Below, one piece after another: positions 18,863-27,846 of a stretch of DNA of 32,871 nt. The notes under the pieces are model-generated. The model did not search any database, was not told the DNA's origin, and saw only the letters and a program-made list of their open reading frames with translations. The stretch comes from Candidatus Bilamarchaeaceae archaeon (GTDB lineage Archaea > Micrarchaeota > Micrarchaeia > Anstonellales > Bilamarchaeaceae): positions 360,712 to 393,582 of the forward strand of contig JAVZJR010000001.1 of assembly GCA_038870635.1 (NCBI GenBank), in the 5' to 3' direction. How positions within the stretch are numbered: the first letter of the stretch is position 1; every line of letters begins with the position of its first letter. Both the position numbers and the translations under genes were made by a program.

Positions 18863-19126
18863 CTATCTGTTATTCGGGAAGACTAAGAGCTTTAGTTGAC
18901 CTATCCTTAGAGTGTAAAACTCATTTCCGCTCTTTGAAACGTTTTTCCACATACCACCAACGTTTATATATACAATATTCCCATTTTTGTCGCGATCTGG
19001 TTGTACAACTCTAAAATCTGGTTTTGCGCCAGGTTGTTGTGGTTGCTTGCTATCCGCGACTTCATTTTTTTGGTTGCTTAACTCTTCAAACCCTTCATCC
19101 ACCAAATTTATTTCTTCATTTTTCAT
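18863..19126 (-). CDS. Small DUF736-like protein
   Basis: PDFRVV...[20 protein letters not shown] resembles the DUF736 pattern; AGGTGA SD; 8 bp upstream of radA. Confidence 0.65.
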   Translation of the reverse strand: MKNEEINLVDEGFEELSNQKNEVADSKQPQQPGAKPDFRVVQPDRDKNGNIVYINVGGMWKNVSKSGNEFYTLRIGQLKLLVFPNNR

Positions 19127-19154
19127 TTTCTCACCTTAGATAATCATATATAAA

Positions 19155-19178
19155 TATATATAATATATATTATATATA
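19155..19178. promoter_or_regulatory. Perfect 24-bp AT-only palindrome upstream of the radA operon
   Basis: TATATATAATATATATTATATATA equals its own reverse complement; regulatory role is inferred only. Confidence 0.45.
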
Positions 19179-19331
19179 CTAAGGGGGTATAAAAGGAATA
19201 TTTTAAAAAAGTTTATTTTTTTCTCGTATATTTGAATCCGCAATATTATAGATAAAACAACATTAATTTTAGATTTTTGGCTAAAAAGATTTAATAATTT
19301 TGGTATAGTTTTTGTTTTAGGTGTTTTAGTT

Positions 19332-19790
19332 ATGAAAAAAATATTTTTGTTTTTGCTTTTTTTCTCTTTGCTTTTTGCTGATATTGGTCCATCACCTGAA
19401 AAACCAAGAATAAAAATAACTTTTATTAAAAACGGAGACCCTTATATAGGTGATGTTTCACTTGTTTATATCTGCGCAGAAGAAGGTGGTTCAGAAAGTA
19501 GTGCCATCGGCACAAGACAGGTACAATTTTCGTGTAACAAAGGCGTGTGCGAGAATGAGGAATGGTTCTATAAATTTAATCCGTGCTATTACCCTAAAAA
19601 AGGTTTTTTTATTGTTAAAACACTTGATAAAACATACAACATAAGCCATGACGCTCAATTAACTTCACACACATATAATCTTGTGATTGATCTTGACAAA
19701 GGCGAATTCCATAAGTTTTACTCTAGCTTTTGCTTTTCATCCCCATTTATCTTACTTACTATTTTTGGCCTTTACTTGGTAATAAAATGA
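19332..19790 (+). CDS. Secreted/membrane-anchored hypothetical protein
   Basis: Signal peptide then ADIGPSP; hydrophobic C-terminus CFSSPFILLTIFGLYLVIK. Confidence 0.75.
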   Translation: MKKIFLFLLFFSLLFADIGPSPEKPRIKITFIKNGDPYIGDVSLVYICAEEGGSESSAIGTRQVQFSCNKGVCENEEWFYKFNPCYYPKKGFFIVKTLDKTYNISHDAQLTSHTYNLVIDLDKGEFHKFYSSFCFSSPFILLTIFGLYLVIK

Positions 19791-20110
19791 ATTTTCTTCT
19801 CGCATATATAACCACCTTGCTTTTAGAATCAGCCGTACTCATAATTCTTTTGCAAAGCTATTATTCTTATCTTGCCATATTTCGTAATTCTTTTATCGCG
19901 AACACCTTTACTATCTTTTTTGTCTGGTTCTTTTTTCCCTTATTTTTGCCATATTTTTATTCTATTATTGCTTCTGAGATATTTGCTTTTGTGGTCGAAG
20001 CTTTTCTTTACTCTCGTCTTTTTAATTTAGAAATTAGAAAATGTTTTCTAATAAGTTTTATTGCTAACTTTGCATCATTTATTGTTTGGTTTATCTTTTT
20101 AGTAGTTTAA
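19787..20110 (+). CDS. Multi-pass membrane protein
   Basis: ATGA overlap with the previous stop; about four hydrophobic segments with TLLLE, IANTFT, SEIFAFVVE, IANFASF. Confidence 0.7.
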   Translation: MNFLLAYITTLLLESAVLIILLQSYYSYLAIFRNSFIANTFTIFFVWFFFPLFLPYFYSIIASEIFAFVVEAFLYSRLFNLEIRKCFLISFIANFASFIVWFIFLVV

Positions 20111-20333
20111 CCTCCCAAATATACCTGCCGGTCATTGGTTGTTGTTCTATTTTTGCTATAAGATTATACTGTTTAAGATAATCATTAAGTTTTTGTTCCG
20201 CTCCTTCTTTCATATCATCGTTATTTATCCAAGAACAAGAGGATTTCTTAACTATGCAGTCTAAAACAATCTTTGCATCTAGTTCAGATATGCCACATTT
20301 CAGTAAGTCATTGTATATTTCTATTTTTTCCAT
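20091..20333 (-). CDS. Hypothetical protein
   Basis: 80-aa ORF following the upstream minus-strand gene by 9 bp. Confidence 0.65.
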   Translation of the reverse strand: MEKIEIYNDLLKCGISELDAKIVLDCIVKKSSCSWINNDDMKEGAEQKLNDYLKQYNLIAKIEQQPMTGRYIWEVKLLKR

Positions 20334-20342
20334 TTAACCAAC

Positions 20343-20870
20343 CTAGTTTACTTTTTGAGCAGTAAGGTTTTTTATTGTTAGGCAGATTGCCTCTGCATTT
20401 ATTTCTCTTATTTTCTCATTATCTCCTTTTCTTATGAAATACCAAGCTACGTGTTTTGCAATGTAATCATCATTTGACTTTTTTGCTATTTCTAATAATA
20501 ATCCTTCTTTATTTTTTTCTATAAGAAAATTCAAAACCCTTATAATTGCTTCTTTTTCGTTATTTTTGATAAAATCAAAATCACGGTAGGTAAGTGTTGA
20601 TGAAAGGTCCTCAAGTATTTTATATATTTCTGCTTTCATTTTTTCATAAATTATAACTTCTTTCGCTTTATCTTTTTCTTGACTTTTTATTAGTTGATTA
20701 AGTTCGAGATGCAATAGAAGATCGCCGCACGCTAACAAAACCTTTTTATTCTCTGTTTCACCCAATTGTAAAATCAATCCTTCTATTTTTGGATCTTTAA
20801 TAAATTCTTTTTTTACTTTTCTACTCTCATTTTTTATTAATTCTACCCTATCACTTTCTCTTCTTTTCAT
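20343..20870 (-). CDS. Hypothetical helical protein
   Basis: Likely start ATG 20870 after AGGTGA SD; no recognised motif. Confidence 0.65.
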   Translation of the reverse strand: MKRRESDRVELIKNESRKVKKEFIKDPKIEGLILQLGETENKKVLLACGDLLLHLELNQLIKSQEKDKAKEVIIYEKMKAEIYKILEDLSSTLTYRDFDFIKNNEKEAIIRVLNFLIEKNKEGLLLEIAKKSNDDYIAKHVAWYFIRKGDNEKIREINAEAICLTIKNLTAQKVN

Positions 20871-20992
20871 CTGGTCACCTTTGTTTGTTAATATATTGAA
20901 AATGCTTAAAAACCACTCACCATTCTCCAAAACATATAGATTTAAATACATATCATTGCATATATTATAACAAATTTATTTGAGGTGATGGA

Positions 20993-21394
20993 GTGAGATT
21001 GGTTTTTGGATTTCTTGCTGCTCTTTTAATAGCAGGGTTAGTAAGTGCTACAATGATTGTGCACGTTGTTCCTTTAGGTGATAATGTAGGCGTGGGCGGG
21101 GGCTATGTTTTAAAAGTTGTCGATATCTATCCACCTGCTTTGAATAATTCAGGTGGTGCAGCTTTTGAATTGTATAAAAATAGTTCTATGGTTACAAAAT
21201 TTAAACTATCAGAAGGGGAGACGAAAAGAATATCCCTACCATCTTCTTCAAAACTTTTAAAGGTATGCAATGATGTGCTAGAAGTTCGTCTTTACAGAGT
21301 TGATGCAGGGTATACACCTGATTCAAAAACTGCTACTTTCTCTACAGATTTTAAATATTATTGCCTTGTTCCAAAGCTTCCTTATGCGAATTGA
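20993..21394 (+). CDS. Secreted hypothetical protein
   Basis: GAGGTGA SD, signal peptide, beta-rich body. Confidence 0.75.
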   Translation: MRLVFGFLAALLIAGLVSATMIVHVVPLGDNVGVGGGYVLKVVDIYPPALNNSGGAAFELYKNSSMVTKFKLSEGETKRISLPSSSKLLKVCNDVLEVRLYRVDAGYTPDSKTATFSTDFKYYCLVPKLPYAN

Positions 21395-21473
21395 ACTAGT
21401 AGCTGATTAATTTATTTTTTTAATTTTTTAGCAACTTTTTTATTTTTTGTGTGAGAGCGCTATTTGTGGTATT

Positions 21474-22778
21474 ATGATTTCTCCTTTCGAAGAGAGGTAT
21501 AAGACAGAAATTAATGAAATTTTTGATGAGAAAAATAAATATAGAAAATGGATGTTAGTTGAATATGCTTTGGCCAAGGCTTGGGCAAAATTAGGTAAAA
21601 TACCAAAAGATGTACCAGATAAAATAAAAAACGCTATAGAAAAGGTAAGACCAGAAAGAATAGCAGAGATAGAAGCAGAGATTCATCACGATCTTATGGC
21701 AATGGTGAAAGCCTTGAGCGAACAGGCGGGTGACGCTGGGAAGTATGTTCATTTTGGAGCTACTAGTTATGATATAGAAGATACAGCTACTGCTCTTATG
21801 TTTTTGGAAGCAATCGACATAATAGAAGATAGAGCACAAGAACTTTGTTCTATCCTACGGACATTGGCGCTTGCGCATAAAAAAACAGTTTGTATAGGAC
21901 GGACACACGGTCAGCATGCAGTACCCACTACCTATGGAATGAAATTTGCTCTTTATTACCAAGACATTAAGAGAAATATTGAACGATTAAGACAAGCGCG
22001 CGAACGAATCGCAGTTGGAAAAATGAGTGGCGCTGTCGGTACTGGAGCCACATTTGGTAAATATAAAAGCAGGTTAGAATTGTTAGTTATGAAAGAGCTT
22101 GGTTTATCACCAGCCAAAATAACCACTCAGGTAATACAGAGAGATAGGCATGCTGAAGTACTTTTTGTTCTTGCTCTTTTTGCAGCATCGCTTGAAAAAA
22201 TAGCAAAGGAAATTAGGAATCTTCAAAGAACAGAGATATTAGAAATATCTGAACCTTTTAGCGCAAAACAAGTCGGCTCTTCTACAATGCCTCAAAAAAG
22301 AAATCCACATAAATGCGAAAGGGTTTGCAGTCTTGCGAGGTTTGTGCGTGCTAATGTTGCTGTTGCATTAGAAAACATACCACTTGAACATGAAAGAGAC
22401 CTTACTAACAGCGCAAATGAACGCATTATTTTTTCACAATCTTTTATTGCAGTTGACTATATGCTAAAACAAATGATTTTCATTCTTGACGGTCTTGTTT
22501 TCTATCCTGAAAATATAAAGAAAAATATAGAATTGACTAATGGTTTAATAATGGCGGAAAGGCTGATGATTTACCTTACTGAAAATGGTATTGGTAGGCA
22601 AGAGGCTCACGAAAAAGTAAGAGAAGCCGCCCAATATGCATTCGCAAATAAAAAGAATCTCAAAGATGTTGTAGTTGAGCGAAAGATAATAACAGAAAAC
22701 GAGGCAAAAAAGATTTTCGACTATTCGACATATATAGGTGAAGCAGTTAAGATAGTAGAGAATGCTGTGAAAGATTAG
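21474..22778 (+). CDS. purB: Adenylosuccinate lyase
   Basis: HHDLMA, VHFGATSYDI, GRTHGQHAVPTTYG, GKMSGAVGT, GSSTMPQKRNP signature. Confidence 0.97.
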   Translation: MISPFEERYKTEINEIFDEKNKYRKWMLVEYALAKAWAKLGKIPKDVPDKIKNAIEKVRPERIAEIEAEIHHDLMAMVKALSEQAGDAGKYVHFGATSYDIEDTATALMFLEAIDIIEDRAQELCSILRTLALAHKKTVCIGRTHGQHAVPTTYGMKFALYYQDIKRNIERLRQARERIAVGKMSGAVGTGATFGKYKSRLELLVMKELGLSPAKITTQVIQRDRHAEVLFVLALFAASLEKIAKEIRNLQRTEILEISEPFSAKQVGSSTMPQKRNPHKCERVCSLARFVRANVAVALENIPLEHERDLTNSANERIIFSQSFIAVDYMLKQMIFILDGLVFYPENIKKNIELTNGLIMAERLMIYLTENGIGRQEAHEKVREAAQYAFANKKNLKDVVVERKIITENEAKKIFDYSTYIGEAVKIVENAVKD

Positions 22779-22808
22779 ATTTATATCATATAACAACGTA
22801 AAACTATT

Positions 22809-23966
22809 ATGCTTAAATCTTCCTACCTTCGTGCGCTTACTTCAAAAATTAAAATTAAGTCTGTTGCCGTAGGTAAGGAAATAGAGGGTAGCACACCCCC
22901 ATCTGTTTTTATAGGTAGTTGGAATTATCCACGTGTTTTTGTCGGGCCTCTGATTGCTCCACAGCATGGCGATACTTCTATTCTTGATACACCAGAAGAT
23001 TGGCTTGTACTAAATAAAACAACTGAAGAAATACTCAAGTATAGGTTAAGTATGGTACGGGGAAAGAAAGAGATTCGAGTTACTGACCTTTATGACAAAA
23101 CAGTTCTTAAACTTCAAGAAATCGCGCTTGCAAAGAATTCTGTTGAAAGCCAAGCAACTTTTAAATATAAACCCTCAGGTCTTAGTCTAAGTGAAGATCA
23201 CCTTCCTTATGGACCTAGCGCTTTGTTAGCTGATTTTTCTGTAGAAAATACTTATTGGAATTCTGCTCTTGAAAAAGCCTATTATGATTATGATTTAAAG
23301 GCATCTGAGGCCATAGTTTCTCTTTATAAAAGAGGTATTAAGTTTTCACAGTTGCAAAAAGCTCTTTCAGTTGGCGCGTTTGGCTTAAAAAAACAAAGAA
23401 AACTTGTGCCAACGCGTTGGGCAATAACTGCGTGTGATAGCATACTTGCTGATAATTATCTTGATTCTGTGCGTCATTTTGAAATTATTGACCAGTATTT
23501 AGTTTTCGAATATTCTTCTCTTAACAATTACTATGCTATACTGCTCCTTCCCACAGCATGGCAATTTGAATGGATGGAAGCATTTTTGCATGTTCTTGAT
23601 AATAAAGACGTTGTTTTCTCTGATTATGAAACAAATAAAGGTAAAAAAGAATACTCTTCTGTTGGTGGTTGCTATTACAGTTGTAAGTTTGCAATACTAG
23701 AAGCACTTGAGAGAATGAAGAGGCAGGCTGGTGCTATAGTATTTCGTGAAGCTTATTCTGGTTATATACCTCTTGGTGTTTTTAACGTCCGAGAAAATGT
23801 TAGGCAAGCAATGCGACAAACACCGAAAGAATTTATGAGTTTTAGAGAAGCATTGGCCTATATTTCAAGTAAAATTAAACTTCCTCTTAGTCGCTTTGTG
23901 CACAGCAGCGTTATTCTTAAAGAATGTCTTGAAGGAAAACAAACAAGTCTTTTTGCTTACTATTAA
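22809..23966 (+). CDS. nreA: Nre-family archaeal DNA repair protein with C-terminal PIP box
   Basis: GSTPPSVFIGSWNYPRVFVGPL, RKLVPTRWAITACD, GGCYYS, PLGVFNVRENVR; C-terminal QTSLFAYY. Confidence 0.9.
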   Translation: MLKSSYLRALTSKIKIKSVAVGKEIEGSTPPSVFIGSWNYPRVFVGPLIAPQHGDTSILDTPEDWLVLNKTTEEILKYRLSMVRGKKEIRVTDLYDKTVLKLQEIALAKNSVESQATFKYKPSGLSLSEDHLPYGPSALLADFSVENTYWNSALEKAYYDYDLKASEAIVSLYKRGIKFSQLQKALSVGAFGLKKQRKLVPTRWAITACDSILADNYLDSVRHFEIIDQYLVFEYSSLNNYYAILLLPTAWQFEWMEAFLHVLDNKDVVFSDYETNKGKKEYSSVGGCYYSCKFAILEALERMKRQAGAIVFREAYSGYIPLGVFNVRENVRQAMRQTPKEFMSFREALAYISSKIKLPLSRFVHSSVILKECLEGKQTSLFAYY

Positions 23967-24008
23967 TAAATATATTAGTTGATTAAACTACTCGGAAGAG
24001 GTGAATTG

Positions 24009-24602
24009 ATGAATAAGAAAATAGTTTTGCTAGTTTTAGCAGCTTTGCTGATTTTCAGCTTTGGCTGTATAGGTGGACAACAGACTCAGGAAAACCAACA
24101 AACAAAATACGGTGAAGGTCAATCAACAACGGATCAACAGAGTACGCAGCAACAAGAACAACAGAGCAGTGGCGAAAAACAAGAGGGCGGTCCATTAAAA
24201 ATAAGCGAAGTTTTTGGTAGTACTGTTCCTTATGAGTGCGTGGTAAAATCAAAAGACCCATCCGTACCAGTGACTACAAAAACATATATTAAAGGAGAAA
24301 AAATGAAATCCGTAATGACTGTTGTTTTTGAAGGAAAGACAACTACGAATGAAGTCATTGTGCCTGGCGATGGCTATGCCTATGTTCGCCTTTCTACCCC
24401 AATTAATAATTGTGAGTGGATGAAAATCCAGGTAAAGAAAGGTGATCCAGAAACAAATCCTTCTGATACATTAAGGCAATATGAAGAAGCTACAAAGTGG
24501 GAGTATAGTTGCACTGTCGGAACATTTGGCGATGATATATTTACAAAACCAACAAAAGCATGCACACAAGAAGAGATGATAGGCTCGGTTCCTTCCAGAT
24601 AA
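24009..24602 (+). CDS. Predicted lipoprotein
   Basis: GAGGTGA SD; MNKK-hydrophobic-FSFGC lipobox; Q/E/S/T-rich linker. Confidence 0.8.
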   Translation: MNKKIVLLVLAALLIFSFGCIGGQQTQENQQTKYGEGQSTTDQQSTQQQEQQSSGEKQEGGPLKISEVFGSTVPYECVVKSKDPSVPVTTKTYIKGEKMKSVMTVVFEGKTTTNEVIVPGDGYAYVRLSTPINNCEWMKIQVKKGDPETNPSDTLRQYEEATKWEYSCTVGTFGDDIFTKPTKACTQEEMIGSVPSR

Positions 24603-24666
24603 TTTTTTATTTTTATTCTTTTTTTGTGCTTCTCTTTTTAAAATATTACAAACAAAATAATTATTG

Positions 24667-24715
24667 ATGATGACGTGAACAACCTCTGATTGGTGATGAG
24701 GCCAACAGCGTCTGA
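24667..24715 (+). ncRNA. Box C/D methylation-guide sRNA
   Basis: C ATGATGA 24667-73; 12-nt guide CGTGAACAACCT; D' CTGA 24686-89; C' GTGATGA 24693-99; 12-nt guide GGCCAACAGCGT; D CTGA 24712-15; TATA-like TTTAAAATA about 25 nt upstream. Confidence 0.92.
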
Positions 24716-24935
24716 TTACTGTTTTCTAAGCATATCTATATCTCCTGTACGCTCATTCCATTTCATTACATTCGCTTTCTTTTCTTTCTATTTTCTTAAT
24801 TAGATGTTTTTAGCAAGTTTGCAGCAGTGCTCACTCCGTTCGCACAATCCCATATTTTTAAATGGATTGTAGTTCTTATTTGATAAAAACAAGCGTTTTT
24901 AAATCTCTTCTAAATAATAATTTTGAGGGATAAGG

Positions 24936-25757
24936 ATGCAGTATTCAGGTTCAAGAACTTATATTTTGGGGTCTATAGGAGTAGGTGTATTGGGCGCTTT
25001 TTTTGCTTTGATTGGTGGGAGCGCAGGTTTTTCGATAGCAACCTTAATAGGAGGTTTTCTAGCCGGTCTTGGCGCATTAGGCGGCGTTTTGTTATGGAAA
25101 TATGGCTACATAATAATACCACTTTTGATGCAGAGAACAAAAACAGTTGTGGTTACTGACACTGGTTATGAGATTCCACCAGAACAAGACGTTATAGTGA
25201 AAAATGTAAACGATGTATATTACGCTTCTTGTTTCCTTACTTTAAGAATATACGAATCCGCCACAGAAAAGTCAGTAGATGAAAATATTTCTTATAATCA
25301 ATATTTTGAGAGGGCGATTTCGAACCTTAAATATGTTACAAAAATAGCCTATCTGCTTTTTGTAGAAGATGTTGGAGAGAAACGAAAGACTTTAGAGACT
25401 AAAAGAGCAGAAGCACAATTGCGTTTGGCAAGAGAAAAGGAAAAACCAGAACCTGATGTATTAAAGTTAGATAAATATGAAAGAGAAGTAGCGCACTGGG
25501 ATGCACAGCTTGCAAAATTAATAAAAGGTGTTAAACCAATGGGTGTTATCGCTTATGCAATGACTACTGCAACAGGTATAAGTAAAGAAGCAGCCATAGC
25601 AGCAGCAAGGACACAGGCAAATGAGTTAAAAACTGTACTTGCAAATGCTCTAAATGTAGAAGTGCTTCAATTAACCGGCGATGAAATGTTAAAATGCTTT
25701 GAATGGGAAAAATTTTATCCAGCATCAGTTAGGGAATTAGAGGAGGCTGTTTTCTGA
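24936..25757 (+). CDS. Membrane protein, two Gly-rich TM helices plus cytoplasmic domain; possible VirB3/VirB4-N-like partner
   Basis: Two N-terminal Gly-rich hydrophobic segments; stop overlaps the ATPase start (TGATG). Confidence 0.75.
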   Translation: MQYSGSRTYILGSIGVGVLGAFFALIGGSAGFSIATLIGGFLAGLGALGGVLLWKYGYIIIPLLMQRTKTVVVTDTGYEIPPEQDVIVKNVNDVYYASCFLTLRIYESATEKSVDENISYNQYFERAISNLKYVTKIAYLLFVEDVGEKRKTLETKRAEAQLRLAREKEKPEPDVLKLDKYEREVAHWDAQLAKLIKGVKPMGVIAYAMTTATGISKEAAIAAARTQANELKTVLANALNVEVLQLTGDEMLKCFEWEKFYPASVRELEEAVF

Positions 25758-27346
25758 TGGTAATCGGAGGGAGACTAGTAATAAATAAAATTTCAAACAA
25801 AGAAATATCGAAAAGGAATATCTTAGTTTGGCCTCCAGAACCGCCAATGAGTATTCTTTTTGCAAATCCATTAGATTCGATTTACGTTGGTAGGACAAGA
25901 ATCTTTAATGTACCGTTTTATTGGAATCCTAAGAATGTTGCGAACCCTCACATAGCAGTTGTTGGTATTTCTGGTTCTGGTAAATCTTACTTTATTAAAA
26001 CATTCTTGTTACGTTCTTCTTATGTGTGGAACACCAATGCCCTGATAATTGATTGGGCTGGTGAGTACAAGGATTGGGTAAAAGAAGCCAATGGGAAAGT
26101 GATTGCCTTAGGTAAGGGTTCTTACTTAAATCTTCTTGATTTAGGTGGAATGAAACCCTACGATAGGATAAAACAAATAATGAGGACATTGGAGCTACTA
26201 ACTGATATTGCGCATTATCCTGAGCAACGTAGACTTACTGAACAAGCAATAGAAAAAGCCTATGTTGATGCAAAATTCAGAATGGACGCGCGAGAGCAAA
26301 AAGACGAGCTTGGAAGACCGTTGCAACCACCTACTCTTAAAGATGTGGTTAGAATATTAGAAGAACAGTCCGCTACTGGTTCTTATGAATTCCCCGCAGA
26401 ATTAGAAAATGCAATTTATCGTTTAAAACAATTTACTAAGGCCGGTGAAGATTATTTTGCACAGCAGAGTACTGTTAAGCTTGATCTTTTGATATCTTCA
26501 GGCATAGTTGATCTTGACCTTTCTGGTCTTCCAGACGAGCGTTTCCGTGCTCTTGCTGCATTGACTATATTGCAGTTCATAAAGGAAAAAATGCGTTTGA
26601 CAGAGTTGGCAGAAGCAAAAGGCATACGTTTGTTTGTCGTGCTTGATGAAGCCTGGAAAATATCAAAAGAAGAAAATAGCGATGCTGTCATGATAGTTCG
26701 TGAAGGTCGTAAGTATAACTTTGGGATGATTATCGCATCGCAAAACCCAACTGACATCAGCGAAGCAATCTTCAGCAACGCTGGTACTACATTTATATTT
26801 AAAATAAAGTTTGAGAGATTTTTAGATTATATGCAAGGCTCGCTAAATTTCAGTAATTATATGCGAGAAGAAATAGGAAGGCTAAGTGTTGGTGAATGCG
26901 CCGTAAATATGGCGCTTACAACCTCGATTCCATATCCATCGACCTTCCTTATGAATAAGGTAGAAGGCGAGGAGCCATCTAAGGAATTCTTTATAGACCT
27001 TACAGATGTGCTTACTAAAAAACAAAAAGGTGATGTTTCCGTGGCAAGAAGTATTTCTTTCTTGAAGGATGAATTTAGAAGAAAATTAAGGCAGTATGGT
27101 TTAACAGATGACAAAGTTGAAGAATTTACTCGTCTATTTGAAAGGAGTAGCAGGAGAATGGATGTCATAAATTTTGTAATGACTCTTGAGCGTTATGGCG
27201 TGCCAAGAAGAAGCGTAAGTGATTTTCTCAAAGAAATCGGAGTTGATGATGCCACAATAATTAATATATTCGCAAAAGTTGATCTCAAAAAAGGAGGTAT
27301 CAGCTCTACCAGTGCTAAATTGAGTGAAGTAGTTCTAGAGGATTGA
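25757..27346 (+). CDS. VirB4/HerA/FtsK-superfamily ATPase (DUF87-like)
   Basis: NPHIAVVGISGSGKS (Walker A), IIDWAGEY, FVVLDEAW (Walker B), VREGRKYNFGMIIASQ. Confidence 0.92.
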   Translation: MVIGGRLVINKISNKEISKRNILVWPPEPPMSILFANPLDSIYVGRTRIFNVPFYWNPKNVANPHIAVVGISGSGKSYFIKTFLLRSSYVWNTNALIIDWAGEYKDWVKEANGKVIALGKGSYLNLLDLGGMKPYDRIKQIMRTLELLTDIAHYPEQRRLTEQAIEKAYVDAKFRMDAREQKDELGRPLQPPTLKDVVRILEEQSATGSYEFPAELENAIYRLKQFTKAGEDYFAQQSTVKLDLLISSGIVDLDLSGLPDERFRALAALTILQFIKEKMRLTELAEAKGIRLFVVLDEAWKISKEENSDAVMIVREGRKYNFGMIIASQNPTDISEAIFSNAGTTFIFKIKFERFLDYMQGSLNFSNYMREEIGRLSVGECAVNMALTTSIPYPSTFLMNKVEGEEPSKEFFIDLTDVLTKKQKGDVSVARSISFLKDEFRRKLRQYGLTDDKVEEFTRLFERSSRRMDVINFVMTLERYGVPRRSVSDFLKEIGVDDATIINIFAKVDLKKGGISSTSAKLSEVVLED

Positions 27347-27846
27347 TTGGGATGGGTGAAAAAGTTTGTATAGAATGTGGTAATCTTGTTTATGGTAAAA
27401 AAGCAGTTAAGGTTAAAGATGACATTATCCTAAAAATTTTAAGAGATATAAAAAGGGCTACAAAAACCGCTAAAGAAAATGAACTGTATGTTTGCGAAGA
27501 TGATTTGAAAAAAAATCAACAAAAAAGAAGCGAGTTTTTGAAAAGTATGCTAATATTCGGTATAGCAGCTGCCGCGGTTTTGCTACTTTCTTTAGTAAGC
27601 ATTATTTTAAGCGGTGTATTTAATATTGGTCTTCTTTTATTTGGTTTCGTTGTTGCTGCTACTATTCTTCTTTTAGTAATAATAACAAAATACACTCCTG
27701 CCGTAGAAAACACCGAGCTTGTTCTGATAGAGGGTAATACCAAAGCGCAACAAGAAGTGCAATCAATGATGCAAACAGAAAATGAAAAAAAGACAGGAAA
27801 AAATCAAAAAATTAAAAAAATGGTGAGAAAATGGCAGAAGAAATAA
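27343..27846 (+). CDS. Two-TM membrane protein with N-terminal Cys motif
   Basis: CIECG...VC, two hydrophobic helices, basic tail; overlaps both neighbours; start may be ATG 27352. Confidence 0.8.
   Translation: MIGMGEKVCIECGNLVYGKKAVKVKDDIILKILRDIKRATKTAKENELYVCEDDLKKNQQKRSEFLKSMLIFGIAAAAVLLLSLVSIILSGVFNIGLLLFGFVVAATILLLVIITKYTPAVENTELVLIEGNTKAQQEVQSMMQTENEKKTGKNQKIKKMVRKWQKK

Noticed and set aside
25757..27346. DNA-repair HerA or an integrated conjugative element
   Set aside because: No nurA/mre11/rad50 neighbours, and no integrase, relaxase or att repeats in the window.
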